DNA of 64,000 bases, from positions 1 to 64,000 of the IMG/VR virus record IMGVR_UViG_3300013121_000019. One strand, written 5' to 3'. Made by a program: the position numbers and the translations under genes. The notes beneath the pieces were generated by a model. That model was not told where the DNA came from. It saw only the letters and a list, made by a program, of their open reading frames with translations, and did no database searches. Positions within the stretch are counted from its first letter, which is position 1; the number at the start of each line of letters is the position of its first letter. This document shows positions 30,201-38,408 of the stretch, one piece after another. This DNA comes from a virus. Lineage: Duplodnaviria > Caudoviricetes.

Positions 30201-30865
30201 TCCAGCGCCCCCTCGAGGGTGGTGCCGAGGTCTTGGGCCATCGTCTTGAGGGTGTTGATCGTCTCCTTGAACCGTGCGGTGAACTGCTGCACGTCCCGCA
30301 CACCGTTCATCATCCCCATCTGACCGAGCTTACCGGCAACACGCGAGAGCTCATCGAACGAGCTTCGCTCGCCCATCGGACCGACCTGGTGGACCATGTC
30401 GCCCATGACCGAGCCGATACGGGTCACATCGGAGCGGTTGAACCCCTGACGACCAGCGCCCATGAAGTTGTAGTTCTGGCGCATCGTGTCATTCAGAAAC
30501 AACTGCTGCTGAACCCCCTGCCCCATCATCCCGGCAGTGGCCCCCAGGACGGCGCCGCCCGCCTGGAGTCCGATTCCGGCCACCATGCCGGCTGGTCCGC
30601 CGAAGGTCCCCAACATGGTACCGGCCATGCCCAGCATGGAGCCTGTACCCTGCATGGCACCGAACACAGGGTTCAGAGCCGAACCAGCCAATCGCTCGGT
30701 CGCCATCTCTCCGACTCGACCTGGTGCTCCGAAGCCTCCCAGCATGCCGAAGCCAGGAGGGGCCATCGCGAAGCCAGCGCCGATCTGCTGAGCGAATGCT
30801 TGCTGCTGAGCAAACATCATCTGCTGCTGGCCGATCATCCCGGAGATCTCAGCGGAATTGAGCAT
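27287..30865 (-). CDS. Tail tape measure protein
   Basis: About 1190 aa, Ala/Gly/Met-rich and helical, with a G-rich amphipathic N-terminal segment; upstream of hub-like genes. Confidence 0.75.
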   Translation of the reverse strand: MLNSAEISGMIGQQQMMFAQQQAFAQQIGAGFAMAPPGFGMLGGFGAPGRVGEMATERLAGSALNPVFGAMQGTGSMLGMAGTMLGTFGGPAGMVAGIGLQAGGAVLGATAGMMGQGVQQQLFLNDTMRQNYNFMGAGRQGFNRSDVTRIGSVMGDMVHQVGPMGERSSFDELSRVAGKLGQMGMMNGVRDVQQFTARFKETINTLKTMAQDLGTTLEGALEFSKAQQSSGFFQNADKLRATQLARQMALSGNMSLTEMSAAGQIGSQIARSMGGLGKQGAIGGMRALGTVGTATQLGVMSNEDIYNATGLDGAEGRQAMATRMMQIDAQFFRSAKGRWMLASMAGKDGTLDMDVVDRIKNGEMTVGDTRGAAGEHLGKVGRANFIRNEGKLRSAAMEQFAGMGAALQMRQWAEGKGIDLFNEKDDRAAIWAGRQFGTSADETDAIMKMARDLPQIMKEQQRAGRLDKQLKADAERRSNMGLAGVKKRIDSVTHAVKERFEEAGRTMMNDASNWVDDTINDLMGTYESHMTDTAAKLSDMVGGGAAVRGGHFGVSAEQANKFSKITGKDAASFMGDGGFKRGAAGSYDMFMGNALDERRKLLGQFGGERALFVEAGARGAVDPISAISRMLRTNNKDRFVEAGYDMSGVNDDASLGKKLDEIDRMRAAARGSDYDEEFKAYGKREGEILSDRYLSKGSEGIRGEGEERLRAFGKTITDPRLREKYENASSEEKARMMNSAEEGAGVKKEHRIGEHMKSPDTVIQRRLSEKEYKEQVTSGFGVENPFAKRESATNVISNVGFDIARLLRGKTEQGKANAYLNSDEAKQLAMGLVSSNQDEVQAARDKLRSDMEGSEGVVNEMQNRMLTASKYAEAKARGAKTEELEKIADAGGMSVEDADKAASTLVMMSQQQRLANGEKSRQIMAKEGKEAYDQMTKKGGVVTVGKDGKTLTISAEGKKSLAGIQGGEEIMLAAAKLAQDRSKLGEGDSEGQKKAWDAEEALLKKVSGMTVEQQRKMAARLEEQGDSRMARGIRDQSDTMAQLNKARGSKDKGVQQMMAGILGADSKAVKEGVGDLDLSNDDGVRAFLKRDGLENNKELAKDIRDAVRAQKAGKTAEAATLMRKAEAERASAIQTKTEAEKKKTEDGGKEAKASDKGTEKVVSGLTDMKGAIVGKLGEVVSAINSKNAERKP

Positions 30866-30962
30866 GCCGCAAGGGTACCACGGGCTACGGAGCGTTCGAA
30901 GCACGCCCAACTAGGCAAAAACCAGCGGCCCACCAGGCATAAGAACTGTGAAAGGAGCCGAC

Positions 30963-31400
30963 ATGGACATCCACCCCGAGGCCCACCGTTGGATCGACGA
31001 CGTGCGGGCCAACATGGTCCGCATGGTCCGCAACGGAGCTCGCACGCAGGCGGTCCACCGCTTCGTGCAGCTCGGCGTCGACCCGCCCGACGGCAGCTGC
31101 GACTGCCGGGTCGACGAGATCTCCGGCCAGCACGGTGACGTGCTGGTGTGGCTGCACCTGCACCACCGCCAATACAACCAGCTGGTGTTCGCGGCGCTGA
31201 CGCCCCAGCAGCTGGAGTTCATCGCCGTCGGGATCGAGCGCGACATCGCGCTCCCGACGAAGTGCCGAAATCGCCGCACGCCGAGCGGCCACAGCCTGTG
31301 CGAGAACTCGTGCCTCTGCACCGACTACGGCAACATCGTGCAGCGCGCCTACGGCCGCGCGCTCATCGACAATTTCCTCCGTGGCGACACCTGGCGCTGA
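30963..31400 (+). CDS. Accessory hypothetical protein, Cys-rich C-terminus
   Basis: Promoter motif at 30915-30942 and AAGGAG RBS. Confidence 0.6.
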   Translation: MDIHPEAHRWIDDVRANMVRMVRNGARTQAVHRFVQLGVDPPDGSCDCRVDEISGQHGDVLVWLHLHHRQYNQLVFAALTPQQLEFIAVGIERDIALPTKCRNRRTPSGHSLCENSCLCTDYGNIVQRAYGRALIDNFLRGDTWR

Positions 31401-31408
31401 GCGAGCCT

Positions 31409-31753
31409 ATGCTGCACAACACCGAGCACGACGCACGAGTCGCATACACGATCGCACGTGACGCGGCCGCGGCCAAGAACAGCGCCTACGGCGAAAGCGC
31501 CGTGAAGAAGCTGGCCGAACAGCTCAACTGTACCGCCGCTCTACTGTACTCGTACGCGCCAGTGGCAGAGGTATGGGACGAGTCTGCGTTTAATGCGATC
31601 ATGCAGCGCAGAAACAGCAAAGGCCGCCCACTGGCATTCTCGCATCTCGTCGCAATCGCAAAGGTCTGCAAGCGCGACGTGCAGATGATGAACGAGCTGC
31701 TGGAGCGCACGTTCAACGAGAGCCTGTCGTACCGCGCGCTGCTACGTGCATGA
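31409..31753 (+). CDS. Helical protein resembling DUF1016 N-terminal/HTH domain
   Basis: 'YGESAVKKLAEQL...LAFSHL' pattern. Confidence 0.45.
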   Translation: MLHNTEHDARVAYTIARDAAAAKNSAYGESAVKKLAEQLNCTAALLYSYAPVAEVWDESAFNAIMQRRNSKGRPLAFSHLVAIAKVCKRDVQMMNELLERTFNESLSYRALLRA

Positions 31754-31856
31754 GCCAGTGAAGCCGGTCTCCCTGCGGGTAGAGACCTGTTTCACTAGCT
31801 CCTAAGTGCCAATTTCAGGGGTCCGGAGCGGCATAAGAATAGTGAAGGGAGGCAGT

Positions 31857-32222
31857 ATGCTGATCTCCGAGTTCACCGACCGATACACTTCCGGACGGTA
31901 CACGTTCGCGAACGTCGTCTCGGAGTTCCGCGAACTCCTCGAGGCGAAGACCACGGCCGAGTCCGTGGAGGAGTACTGGGATGTCGTGATGGCCGCGCAG
32001 CTGTGGTTCCACAGCGTGACGGGGCTGGACGCGACGATGCTCCTGCCGGAGCAACATATCGCGAAGTTCGAGCGACGTAGGGGCATCTGGATGCAGATCT
32101 TCGCGGCCAAGGGGATGGTGTTCTCGCCGCGGTACCTGGCGGCGGGCAGCAACTTCCAGAAGCCTGAGAAGATCGAGGCGGCGCTCGCGGCGGCGCGGCG
32201 CGAACAGGAGGCAACGTGCTGA
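31857..32222 (+). CDS. Possible MazG-like nucleotide pyrophosphohydrolase
   Basis: 'SEFRELLEA...VEEYWDV' acidic helix pair; promoter motif at 31808-31836 and GGAGG RBS. Confidence 0.4.
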   Translation: MLISEFTDRYTSGRYTFANVVSEFRELLEAKTTAESVEEYWDVVMAAQLWFHSVTGLDATMLLPEQHIAKFERRRGIWMQIFAAKGMVFSPRYLAAGSNFQKPEKIEAALAAARREQEATC

Positions 32223-32599
32223 CTCTACTCGATGCCATCATCACGATACTTGATGGTTTTCTGCTGCACACGCTGCAGAAGATCCTCCCTGCTTGCGACG
32301 CCGCCACGATGGTGACGGACCGCGTGACGGGCAAGACGTACGGCCCGTTCCCCGAGTACGTCGATGGCGCGACGGGGGCGCCGGTCGAAGTGGTTATTCG
32401 TGGCGGTAAGCTCGAGTGGCCAAGCGGTGCCGTCACGATCCTGCTGACCAAGCGGGAGCGTGCGGAGTTCGCTGTCGCACGGGCGACTCGCAATACCGAG
32501 TCCATACGGTACTACCTCGGGTTCGCCCGTAACCGTGTGGTGACCTGGCACAAGGAGCAGACTCTTGGTGGGGTCAACCCGCCGTGGGTGCCGCTCTAG
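32216..32599 (+). CDS. Hypothetical protein
   Basis: GGAGG RBS; operon packing. Confidence 0.55.
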   Translation: MLTLLDAIITILDGFLLHTLQKILPACDAATMVTDRVTGKTYGPFPEYVDGATGAPVEVVIRGGKLEWPSGAVTILLTKRERAEFAVARATRNTESIRYYLGFARNRVVTWHKEQTLGGVNPPWVPL

Positions 32600-32632
32600 C
32601 AGTCAACTGAGACGTCCAACTCGGAGGGTAAC

Positions 32633-32971
32633 ATGAAGAAGATCGTGATCGTGGTTATTGGCAGCGTGGTGTGGTTTGGCGGGTGCTACCTGATGGGCAC
32701 CCTGATCGGCAAGTGGAAGGCCAACCGAGACATGCAGTCCCCCAGCGAGGAGGAGCTGATCGAAGCGGCCGAGGCGTGCATGCCGGTCAACATCGAGGGC
32801 CTGCTCGCGCACCTGCGCGAGCTCCCGCCGGTCGCGCGGCGCGAGTTCGTCGCCATGATGCTCGAGGGCGATGGCAGCTGGGACACGGCCGCCCGCCACG
32901 CCAGCCAGATCGGGGCCTGCCGCGTCATCGGCCCGTTCTGCGAGTACGACAACGGAGAGGAGGTGAAGTGA
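32633..32971 (+). CDS. Hypothetical membrane-anchored protein
   Basis: N-terminal hydrophobic helix; GGAGG RBS. Confidence 0.55.
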   Translation: MKKIVIVVIGSVVWFGGCYLMGTLIGKWKANRDMQSPSEEELIEAAEACMPVNIEGLLAHLRELPPVARREFVAMMLEGDGSWDTAARHASQIGACRVIGPFCEYDNGEEVK

Positions 32972-33184
32972 TGCGAATGTCCGTGGGCCCCGCAGGGGGC
33001 TGGGCCCACACGTCTCAGGTCTGAGTACAAGACGAATGACGTGGTGCGGTGACGAGGCCGGCTCCCCTAGGGTGAGCCCTTCTTCACTAGCTACTGCAAA
33101 CCAGTGGCGATCGCGGAATAAGTACAGCGTAGAGGATTAGCCACTCTACAGACATCACGCACCTACCAAAGGACGTGCACGACG

Positions 33185-35257
33185 ATGAGTACCGACAACT
33201 TCCCGCAGTTCGCCAACATCGTGGCGCGATCGTTCCAGCACATGGTCAAAGACCCGGTCTTCGTGGCCAACATCGACGGCGACGCACTCTACCAGGCGTA
33301 CCTCGAGGCGTTTCCGGAGGGGACCAATCCCATCTTCAAGAAGGCCACGGAGCACGACTGCAGCTGCTGCCGGCACTTCATCAAGCGAGTCGGCACGGTG
33401 GTGACGATCGAGGGCCGTGAGGTCCGCACGATCTGGGACCACGCCACCCTGCAGGCTCCTGGTGTCTACGCCCACGTGGCAACCGTCCTGCGGAACCTCG
33501 TGCGTAGTGCTCGCATCCGCGACATCTTCCGCGTGGGTGCGCGAGAAACCCGGTTCGGGGCGAGGGTTTCGCGCTCCCTGGATCCCGAGACGCAACGGGC
33601 CATCACGTGGAACCACTTCTACACCGGGGAGATCCCCAGCAACCTGCGGACCGACCAGGTCGACACCGTGCGGGGCGACTACCGCACGACCGTGCAAGTC
33701 TTCGAGCGTGGTCTCGTCGAGCTCAAGCCCGACGCGATCGAGACCGTTCTCTCCCTCATCCAGGCCAACAACCTGTACCGGGGGGAAGAGCACAAGACGG
33801 CGGTCATGGGCTTCCAGAGGCTCCAGCGCGAGTTCAACGCCAAGAGCGCGGCCGACCGTAACCTCTTCGTGTGGGCGAACGCCAACAGCCCCGGTGCGCG
33901 GTTCCGCAACACCGTGATCGGCACGCTGGTGCAGGATCTCTCCGAGGGCATGGATCTCGAGGCGGCCGTCCGGTCCTTCGAGACCAAGGTAGCCCCGCAG
34001 AACTACAAGCGTACGACGGCGCTGATCACACCCATGATGGTGAAGAAGGCGATGGAGACGATCGAGTCCCTCGGTCTCGAGTCGGCTCTCGAGCGTCGCT
34101 TCGCGGTCATCGGCGACGTCTCGGTCAACGACGTCAAGTGGGTCGACGGCACGGTGAAGCCCCTGATGAAGGGCGGCATCGGCGACAGGCTGATGCAACA
34201 CGCCACCACGGGTCGCGTTTCTAGCAAGAGCGACGAGGAACGCGCCGAGGACATCAACATCGACGACTTCATGACGAAGGTCTTGCCGGAGACCCAGGGC
34301 ATGGAGATCCTGTTCAAGAACGAGCACGCAGGCAACCTGATGTCGCTCACGGCGCCCGTACACCCGGAACCCCGACAGCTCTTCCGATGGACCAACGACT
34401 TCGCCTGGTCGTACGGCGGGAACGTTGCCGACTCCATCAAGGAACGGGTCAAGAAGGCGGGAGGCCGGGTGACCGGCGTCCTGCGGGTCTCGCTCAGCTG
34501 GTTCAACTACGACGACCTGGACCTCCACATCGAGCAGCCGTCGGGCCGCGGTATGAACGCGGCGATCAACCGCATCTACTTCGGCAACAAGCACGGGTGG
34601 ACCGGCGGTACCCTCGACGTCGACATGAACGCGGGTCACGGGGCCACCCGTGAGCCGGTGGAGAACGTCATCTGGCCCGGCAAGATCCCCGATGGGTCTT
34701 ACAAGGTCGTGGTCAACAACTACTGCTTCCGCGAGTCCAGCAACCCTGGCTTCGTCATCGAGGTCGAGAACGGCGGCAAGGTCTCGCACTTCTCGTACAA
34801 CAAAAGCGTGAGGAGCGGGCAGGACATCCGCGTCTGCACGCTACACATGAAGGATGGCCTCATCGTCCAGGTCGACCCTGGTGACCCGGGCATCACCGCG
34901 TCCGCCATCTCGCAGGAGAAGTGGGGCCTCAAGACCGAGACCTACGCCAAGGTCACGGCCGTGATGTTGAGCCCCAACTACTGGGGCGATAACGCCGTCG
35001 GTAACAAGCACACGTTCTTCGTCCTCGAGGGAGCAAAGAGCGACGAGGACACTCGTGGGTTCTACAACGAGTTCCTCCACCCCCGCCTCGAGCAGCACCG
35101 CAAGGTGTTCGAGGTCATCGCCGACAAGACCAAGTGCCGTCCCACCGAGGGGCAGCTATCGGGACTCGGCTTCTCCTCCACCAAGAAGGAGACCTTCGTC
35201 GTCCGCGTCCAGCAGGGCAAGAAGCAGCGCCTGTTCAACGTGCACGTAGGCACCTGA
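33185..35257 (+). CDS. Conserved large-phage protein with DUF2135/YfaP-like domain
   Basis: 690 aa; N-terminal 'EHDCSCCRHF'; 'LRVSLSWFNYDDLDLH...LDVDMNAG...PVEN.IW'. Confidence 0.7.
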   Translation: MSTDNFPQFANIVARSFQHMVKDPVFVANIDGDALYQAYLEAFPEGTNPIFKKATEHDCSCCRHFIKRVGTVVTIEGREVRTIWDHATLQAPGVYAHVATVLRNLVRSARIRDIFRVGARETRFGARVSRSLDPETQRAITWNHFYTGEIPSNLRTDQVDTVRGDYRTTVQVFERGLVELKPDAIETVLSLIQANNLYRGEEHKTAVMGFQRLQREFNAKSAADRNLFVWANANSPGARFRNTVIGTLVQDLSEGMDLEAAVRSFETKVAPQNYKRTTALITPMMVKKAMETIESLGLESALERRFAVIGDVSVNDVKWVDGTVKPLMKGGIGDRLMQHATTGRVSSKSDEERAEDINIDDFMTKVLPETQGMEILFKNEHAGNLMSLTAPVHPEPRQLFRWTNDFAWSYGGNVADSIKERVKKAGGRVTGVLRVSLSWFNYDDLDLHIEQPSGRGMNAAINRIYFGNKHGWTGGTLDVDMNAGHGATREPVENVIWPGKIPDGSYKVVVNNYCFRESSNPGFVIEVENGGKVSHFSYNKSVRSGQDIRVCTLHMKDGLIVQVDPGDPGITASAISQEKWGLKTETYAKVTAVMLSPNYWGDNAVGNKHTFFVLEGAKSDEDTRGFYNEFLHPRLEQHRKVFEVIADKTKCRPTEGQLSGLGFSSTKKETFVVRVQQGKKQRLFNVHVGT

Positions 35258-35325
35258 TGTGGCGGATGTTTCTGAATAAGGAAGTCTGGGAAGAAATACT
35301 ACTGGGATTCTACCAAGGAGACACA

Positions 35326-35736
35326 ATGAGCATCGACAGCATCTTCCTGTACGCCACCCGCAACAAGATCCGCTTCGCGTCGTCCCGAGGAGCCCTCACG
35401 GTCGAGCAGCTCTGGGACGTTCCGCTGCGCTCTGCCGATCAGTTCAACCTCGACGTCATCGCCAAGGGCATCAACAAGACCGTCAAGGAGGCGGCCGAGG
35501 AGAGCTTCGTCTCTACCAAGAAGACCACGGCACAGACGCAGCTCGAGACCGCGCTCGAGATCGTCAAGACCATCATCGCAGCCAAGCTCGCCGACGAGGA
35601 CGCGGCCAAGAAGCGCGCAAGCAACAAGCTCGAGAAGGAGAAGCTCCTGAAGATCCTCGCCGAGAAGCAGGACGGCAAGCTCTCGGCGCTCACCGAGAAG
35701 GAGCTCCAGGACCGAATCGCGGCTCTCGAGGAGTGA
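35326..35736 (+). CDS. Conserved phage coiled-coil protein
   Basis: 'RF.S.RG.LTVEQLWD.PL' motif; AAGGAG RBS. An alternative start at 35257 is possible. Confidence 0.7.
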   Translation: MSIDSIFLYATRNKIRFASSRGALTVEQLWDVPLRSADQFNLDVIAKGINKTVKEAAEESFVSTKKTTAQTQLETALEIVKTIIAAKLADEDAAKKRASNKLEKEKLLKILAEKQDGKLSALTEKELQDRIAALEE

Positions 35737-35757
35737 GCTGCTGATCGAGCAGTAGCC

Positions 35758-35801
35758 GGGACAGGCGTCTCCCGAAAGGGGGATGCCTGTTCTTTTAGCT
35801 A
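35758..35801 (+). terminator. Intrinsic terminator ending in TAGCTA
   Basis: GGGACAGGCGTCTCCC-GAAA-GGGGGATGCCTGTTCT then TTTAGCTA. Confidence 0.75.
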
Positions 35802-35850
35802 CACCTACGCAAACATAGGCATAGTCACGAGATAACAGTCGTAAGGAGGG

Positions 35851-36666
35851 ATGATGGCCGACATCAGCTTACTTGTTAGCGACGACGACGCAACGAACGC
35901 CAAACCCTGGCGACAACATGACCTAACCGGACAGGTCATTCACGAAGTGGTGGTGGAGGCATGCATCGCCACCACGATAGACAAGCAGAAGAAGTGGAGA
36001 GTTCGCTGTCTGTCTTGTGGAGGTGCGTTCGCGCGTACGACCTACGAGATCAATCAGTACCGACGTGACCGCACCACGTTTTCTTGTCGGACGTGCTTCG
36101 AGGAGCTTCGCGACGGCACGCGCAGTGAGCGTCGAAGCTACTGGCACATGCGCCTGAAGCAGTTCTGGGACCAGTACGGCATCCTGTACGGTGCCAGCTA
36201 CCATCACGCAGAGATCGAAGCCCTACGTGAGGCGTTCTTCGCCGACGAGGGACCGCCGATGGAGCATTTGCGACCGGAAGACCTGACGGTGGCAGTAGCT
36301 GGACGGAAACAGCCACACACTGCCCGTATTCAGAACGTCTTCGAGCTGTACCCGGTGAGGGCCGGCAAATCCGAGGCGTTCAATTGCGAGTACTGTAGCC
36401 GACTGCACACGAAGGGGTTCGCGTGCACGTGCTGCCGCACGGTGGTGTGCTGCGCGTGCGTGGAAAACGAAACGCATGCCTGCGAGGGCAGCGGGCACGA
36501 GCACGACGAGTCCGCTGGATGGGTGACCGATCGGCACGGGCAGCTGGTATACGACTGGTACGCCGGTAGTCAGCCGGAGTTCCTCAAGCGCATCGCGCAG
36601 TCCTGCCTGCTCTCCAAGGTCAAGGTGACCAAAGACGGTGGGCTGGCGACATTCCGACGAGCATAA
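35851..36666 (+). CDS. Multi-Zn-finger protein
   Basis: Several CxxC pairs; N-terminal 'DLTGQ...WRVRC..CG' resembles HNH-associated repeats; AAGGAGG RBS. Confidence 0.6.
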   Translation: MMADISLLVSDDDATNAKPWRQHDLTGQVIHEVVVEACIATTIDKQKKWRVRCLSCGGAFARTTYEINQYRRDRTTFSCRTCFEELRDGTRSERRSYWHMRLKQFWDQYGILYGASYHHAEIEALREAFFADEGPPMEHLRPEDLTVAVAGRKQPHTARIQNVFELYPVRAGKSEAFNCEYCSRLHTKGFACTCCRTVVCCACVENETHACEGSGHEHDESAGWVTDRHGQLVYDWYAGSQPEFLKRIAQSCLLSKVKVTKDGGLATFRRA

Positions 36667-36714
36667 GCGGTGAAACGTGCATCCCGGCGTGGGGCGCGCG
36701 TTTCACTAGGTACT

Positions 36715-36740
36715 ACAAATCGCGCTAAACAACGGAATAA
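36715..36740 (+). promoter_or_regulatory. Promoter-like motif of the RAMP/array unit
   Basis: ACAAA-N14-GGAATAA directly after a hairpin ending TTTCACTAGGTAC; GAGGAGG RBS follows. Confidence 0.6.
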
Positions 36741-36762
36741 GCACTATGAGGAGGTTACCTTC

Positions 36763-37419
36763 ATGACCGATAAGAAGACCGCAGATGATGCTGGTTCCGA
36801 GGCCAAGGGCCAGATCCCGCCGCCGAAGTTCGCGATCGCCGAGTTCATCCTGACCGGGAATGCCCCGTACGTCAGCAACAAGTTCTCCCAGGAGGCCCGC
36901 GAGATGATGCGGGCCAAGCAGGCAGCCGGCTCCACGGCTCGCAAGGGCGCCAAGCGCGAGCCCAAGGACTTCGACAAGTGCTTCAAGCAGTCGATGCACG
37001 CGACCGAGGACGGCAAGTACGGCGTGCCGGCGTCGTGCTTCAGGCAGGCCCTCGTCAGCGCTTGCCGCATCGTCGGGTTCAAGATGACGCTGGCGAAGCT
37101 CGCGCTGTTCGTGGTCGCCGACGGCATCGACGCGGACGACGCCAGCCCACTGGTGTTGTTCACGAAGGGGGAACCGCAGCACTTCGAGAGCGCCACCCGC
37201 AACGAGACCGGCGTGGCCGACATCCGCGCGCGTGGCAAGTGGGATACCGGATGGCAGATCCGTCTGCGCGTCCGGTACGACTCCGACATGTTCACGAAGT
37301 CCGATGTCACCAACCTGCTGGCGCGCGTCGGCGTGCAGGTCGGGATCGGCGCCGGAAGACCCGACTCCAAGACCTCCTGCGGTCAGGGATGGGGTACGTT
37401 CGATATCGAGGCGGTCTAG
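36763..37419 (+). CDS. Solitary Cas7/RAMP-like RNA-binding protein (218 aa)
   Basis: RAMP hallmarks in order: 'FILTGNAPY' beta1, 'YGVPASCFRQAL' (cf. IPGSSLKGAL), thumb-like hairpin 'RNETGVADIRAR', and C-terminal G-rich loop 'GIGAGRP...GQGWGTF'. Confidence 0.75.
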   Translation: MTDKKTADDAGSEAKGQIPPPKFAIAEFILTGNAPYVSNKFSQEAREMMRAKQAAGSTARKGAKREPKDFDKCFKQSMHATEDGKYGVPASCFRQALVSACRIVGFKMTLAKLALFVVADGIDADDASPLVLFTKGEPQHFESATRNETGVADIRARGKWDTGWQIRLRVRYDSDMFTKSDVTNLLARVGVQVGIGAGRPDSKTSCGQGWGTFDIEAV

Positions 37420-37420
37420 C

Positions 37421-38002
37421 GGCCAAGCTGGCTGAGCTAAGAATGGTGTGGCCCAGCATGCCTGAGCATGGCGAAGCGGGCAGGGCGTAGCTAGGAATGG
37501 CTAGTCAACGCACAGCGGGCATGGCATGGCTTGGCAACGCCAAGCAAGGCCAAGCAGGCTAGGTGGAGCAATCACGGGCTTGGATTGGCGAATCGTGGCA
37601 AAGCAGAGCGAGTCCAAGCAGGCTCAGCGCGGCGTGGCTTGGTCAGGCCAGGCAGGCGTGGCAGTGGAGGTGGAGCATGGAATAGACGAGTTCGGTCAGG
37701 CAACGCAGAGCCGGCGTGGCATGGCACCGCTGCGAGCAGCTCGGTAAAGCAAAGCCGGCGAGGCTTAGCTACACCAGGAAGGACAAGGCAAAGCAGGCGT
37801 GGCGGAGCGGAGCGGGGTGTGGCAAAGATGCGCGAAGCAGCGCAGGCCGCGCTGGGCATGGCAACACCGAGTAAGGAGGTGAATGGCCAGGCAGGCTGAG
37901 CAAGGTGTGGCGAGGCGGCGCAACGCGCAGCAGAGCTGAGCAGCACCATGCTGGCGTAGCTGAGCTTGGCGTCGCCCGGCGCGACGGGGCTTAGTGAAGC
38001 CA
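37421..38002 (+). ncRNA. Pentamer (RGY-NN) array, putative guide-RNA precursor of ~12 units
   Basis: Hand parse gives 106 pentamers plus 13 tetramers = 582 nt exactly; about 77/106 pentamers start with RGY. It fills the gap between the RAMP stop and the terminator. Confidence 0.8.
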
Positions 38003-38046
38003 GGAACGAACACCCTCTTCGGAGAGTGTTCGTTCCTTTTAGCTAC
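38002..38046 (+). terminator. Intrinsic terminator closing the RAMP/array transcript
   Basis: AGGAACGAACACCCTC-TTCG-GAGAGTGTTCGTTCCT then TTTAGCTA. Confidence 0.85.
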
Positions 38047-38408
38047 TACTTCACTCGCGGATCGACCTTCGGAACGTGGCCAGACGGGTTGGCCTTCGGG
38101 ACGTCGGCCCGCGGATCCGCCTTGGCGACCAGCGTCTTGGCGGCCTTCTCGGCAGAAGGGTCTTTGGGCTCGCGCTTCTTCCGCGGGGCACCCGACAGCT
38201 CCGGCGTCGCCTTGTCCCGCTTCCGACGGAGCTCATCGATCAGCGTGTTGACCTGCTGACGGCAGGCCCCGCAGAGATCCTGGAACTCGAACGTCAGCGG
38301 CCACTTGACCTCGAGGGCAGGTCTGTGGGCGATCTGCTCTACCTTCGGCTGGTACTCGACGCGGGGGCACCGGTCGCACTGGATCTTGACGACCTCTTCA
38401 CGCGCCAC
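38046..38408 (-). CDS. Zn-ribbon protein with basic tail (Lsr2-N-like)
   Basis: 'CDRC...QDLCGAC' followed by a Lys/Pro-rich tail. Confidence 0.5.
   Translation of the reverse strand: MAREEVVKIQCDRCPRVEYQPKVEQIAHRPALEVKWPLTFEFQDLCGACRQQVNTLIDELRRKRDKATPELSGAPRKKREPKDPSAEKAAKTLVAKADPRADVPKANPSGHVPKVDPRVK

Noticed and set aside
36670-36762. Extended N-terminus of the RAMP gene given by the ORF track
   Set aside because: It spans a terminator hairpin and the promoter motif; the GAGGAGG RBS supports ATG 36763.
37526-37949. ORFs 37526..37747, 37531..37899 and 37572..37949 over the array
   Set aside because: They are low-complexity translations (AWQG/ARRG-like) of a period-5 pattern that is incompatible with codon periodicity, and they lack a convincing RBS.
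37421-38002. Canonical CRISPR array or simple microsatellite
   Set aside because: There are no 25-40-nt direct repeats with unique spacers. The variable NN positions and regular 4-nt phase resets do not fit slippage expansion.
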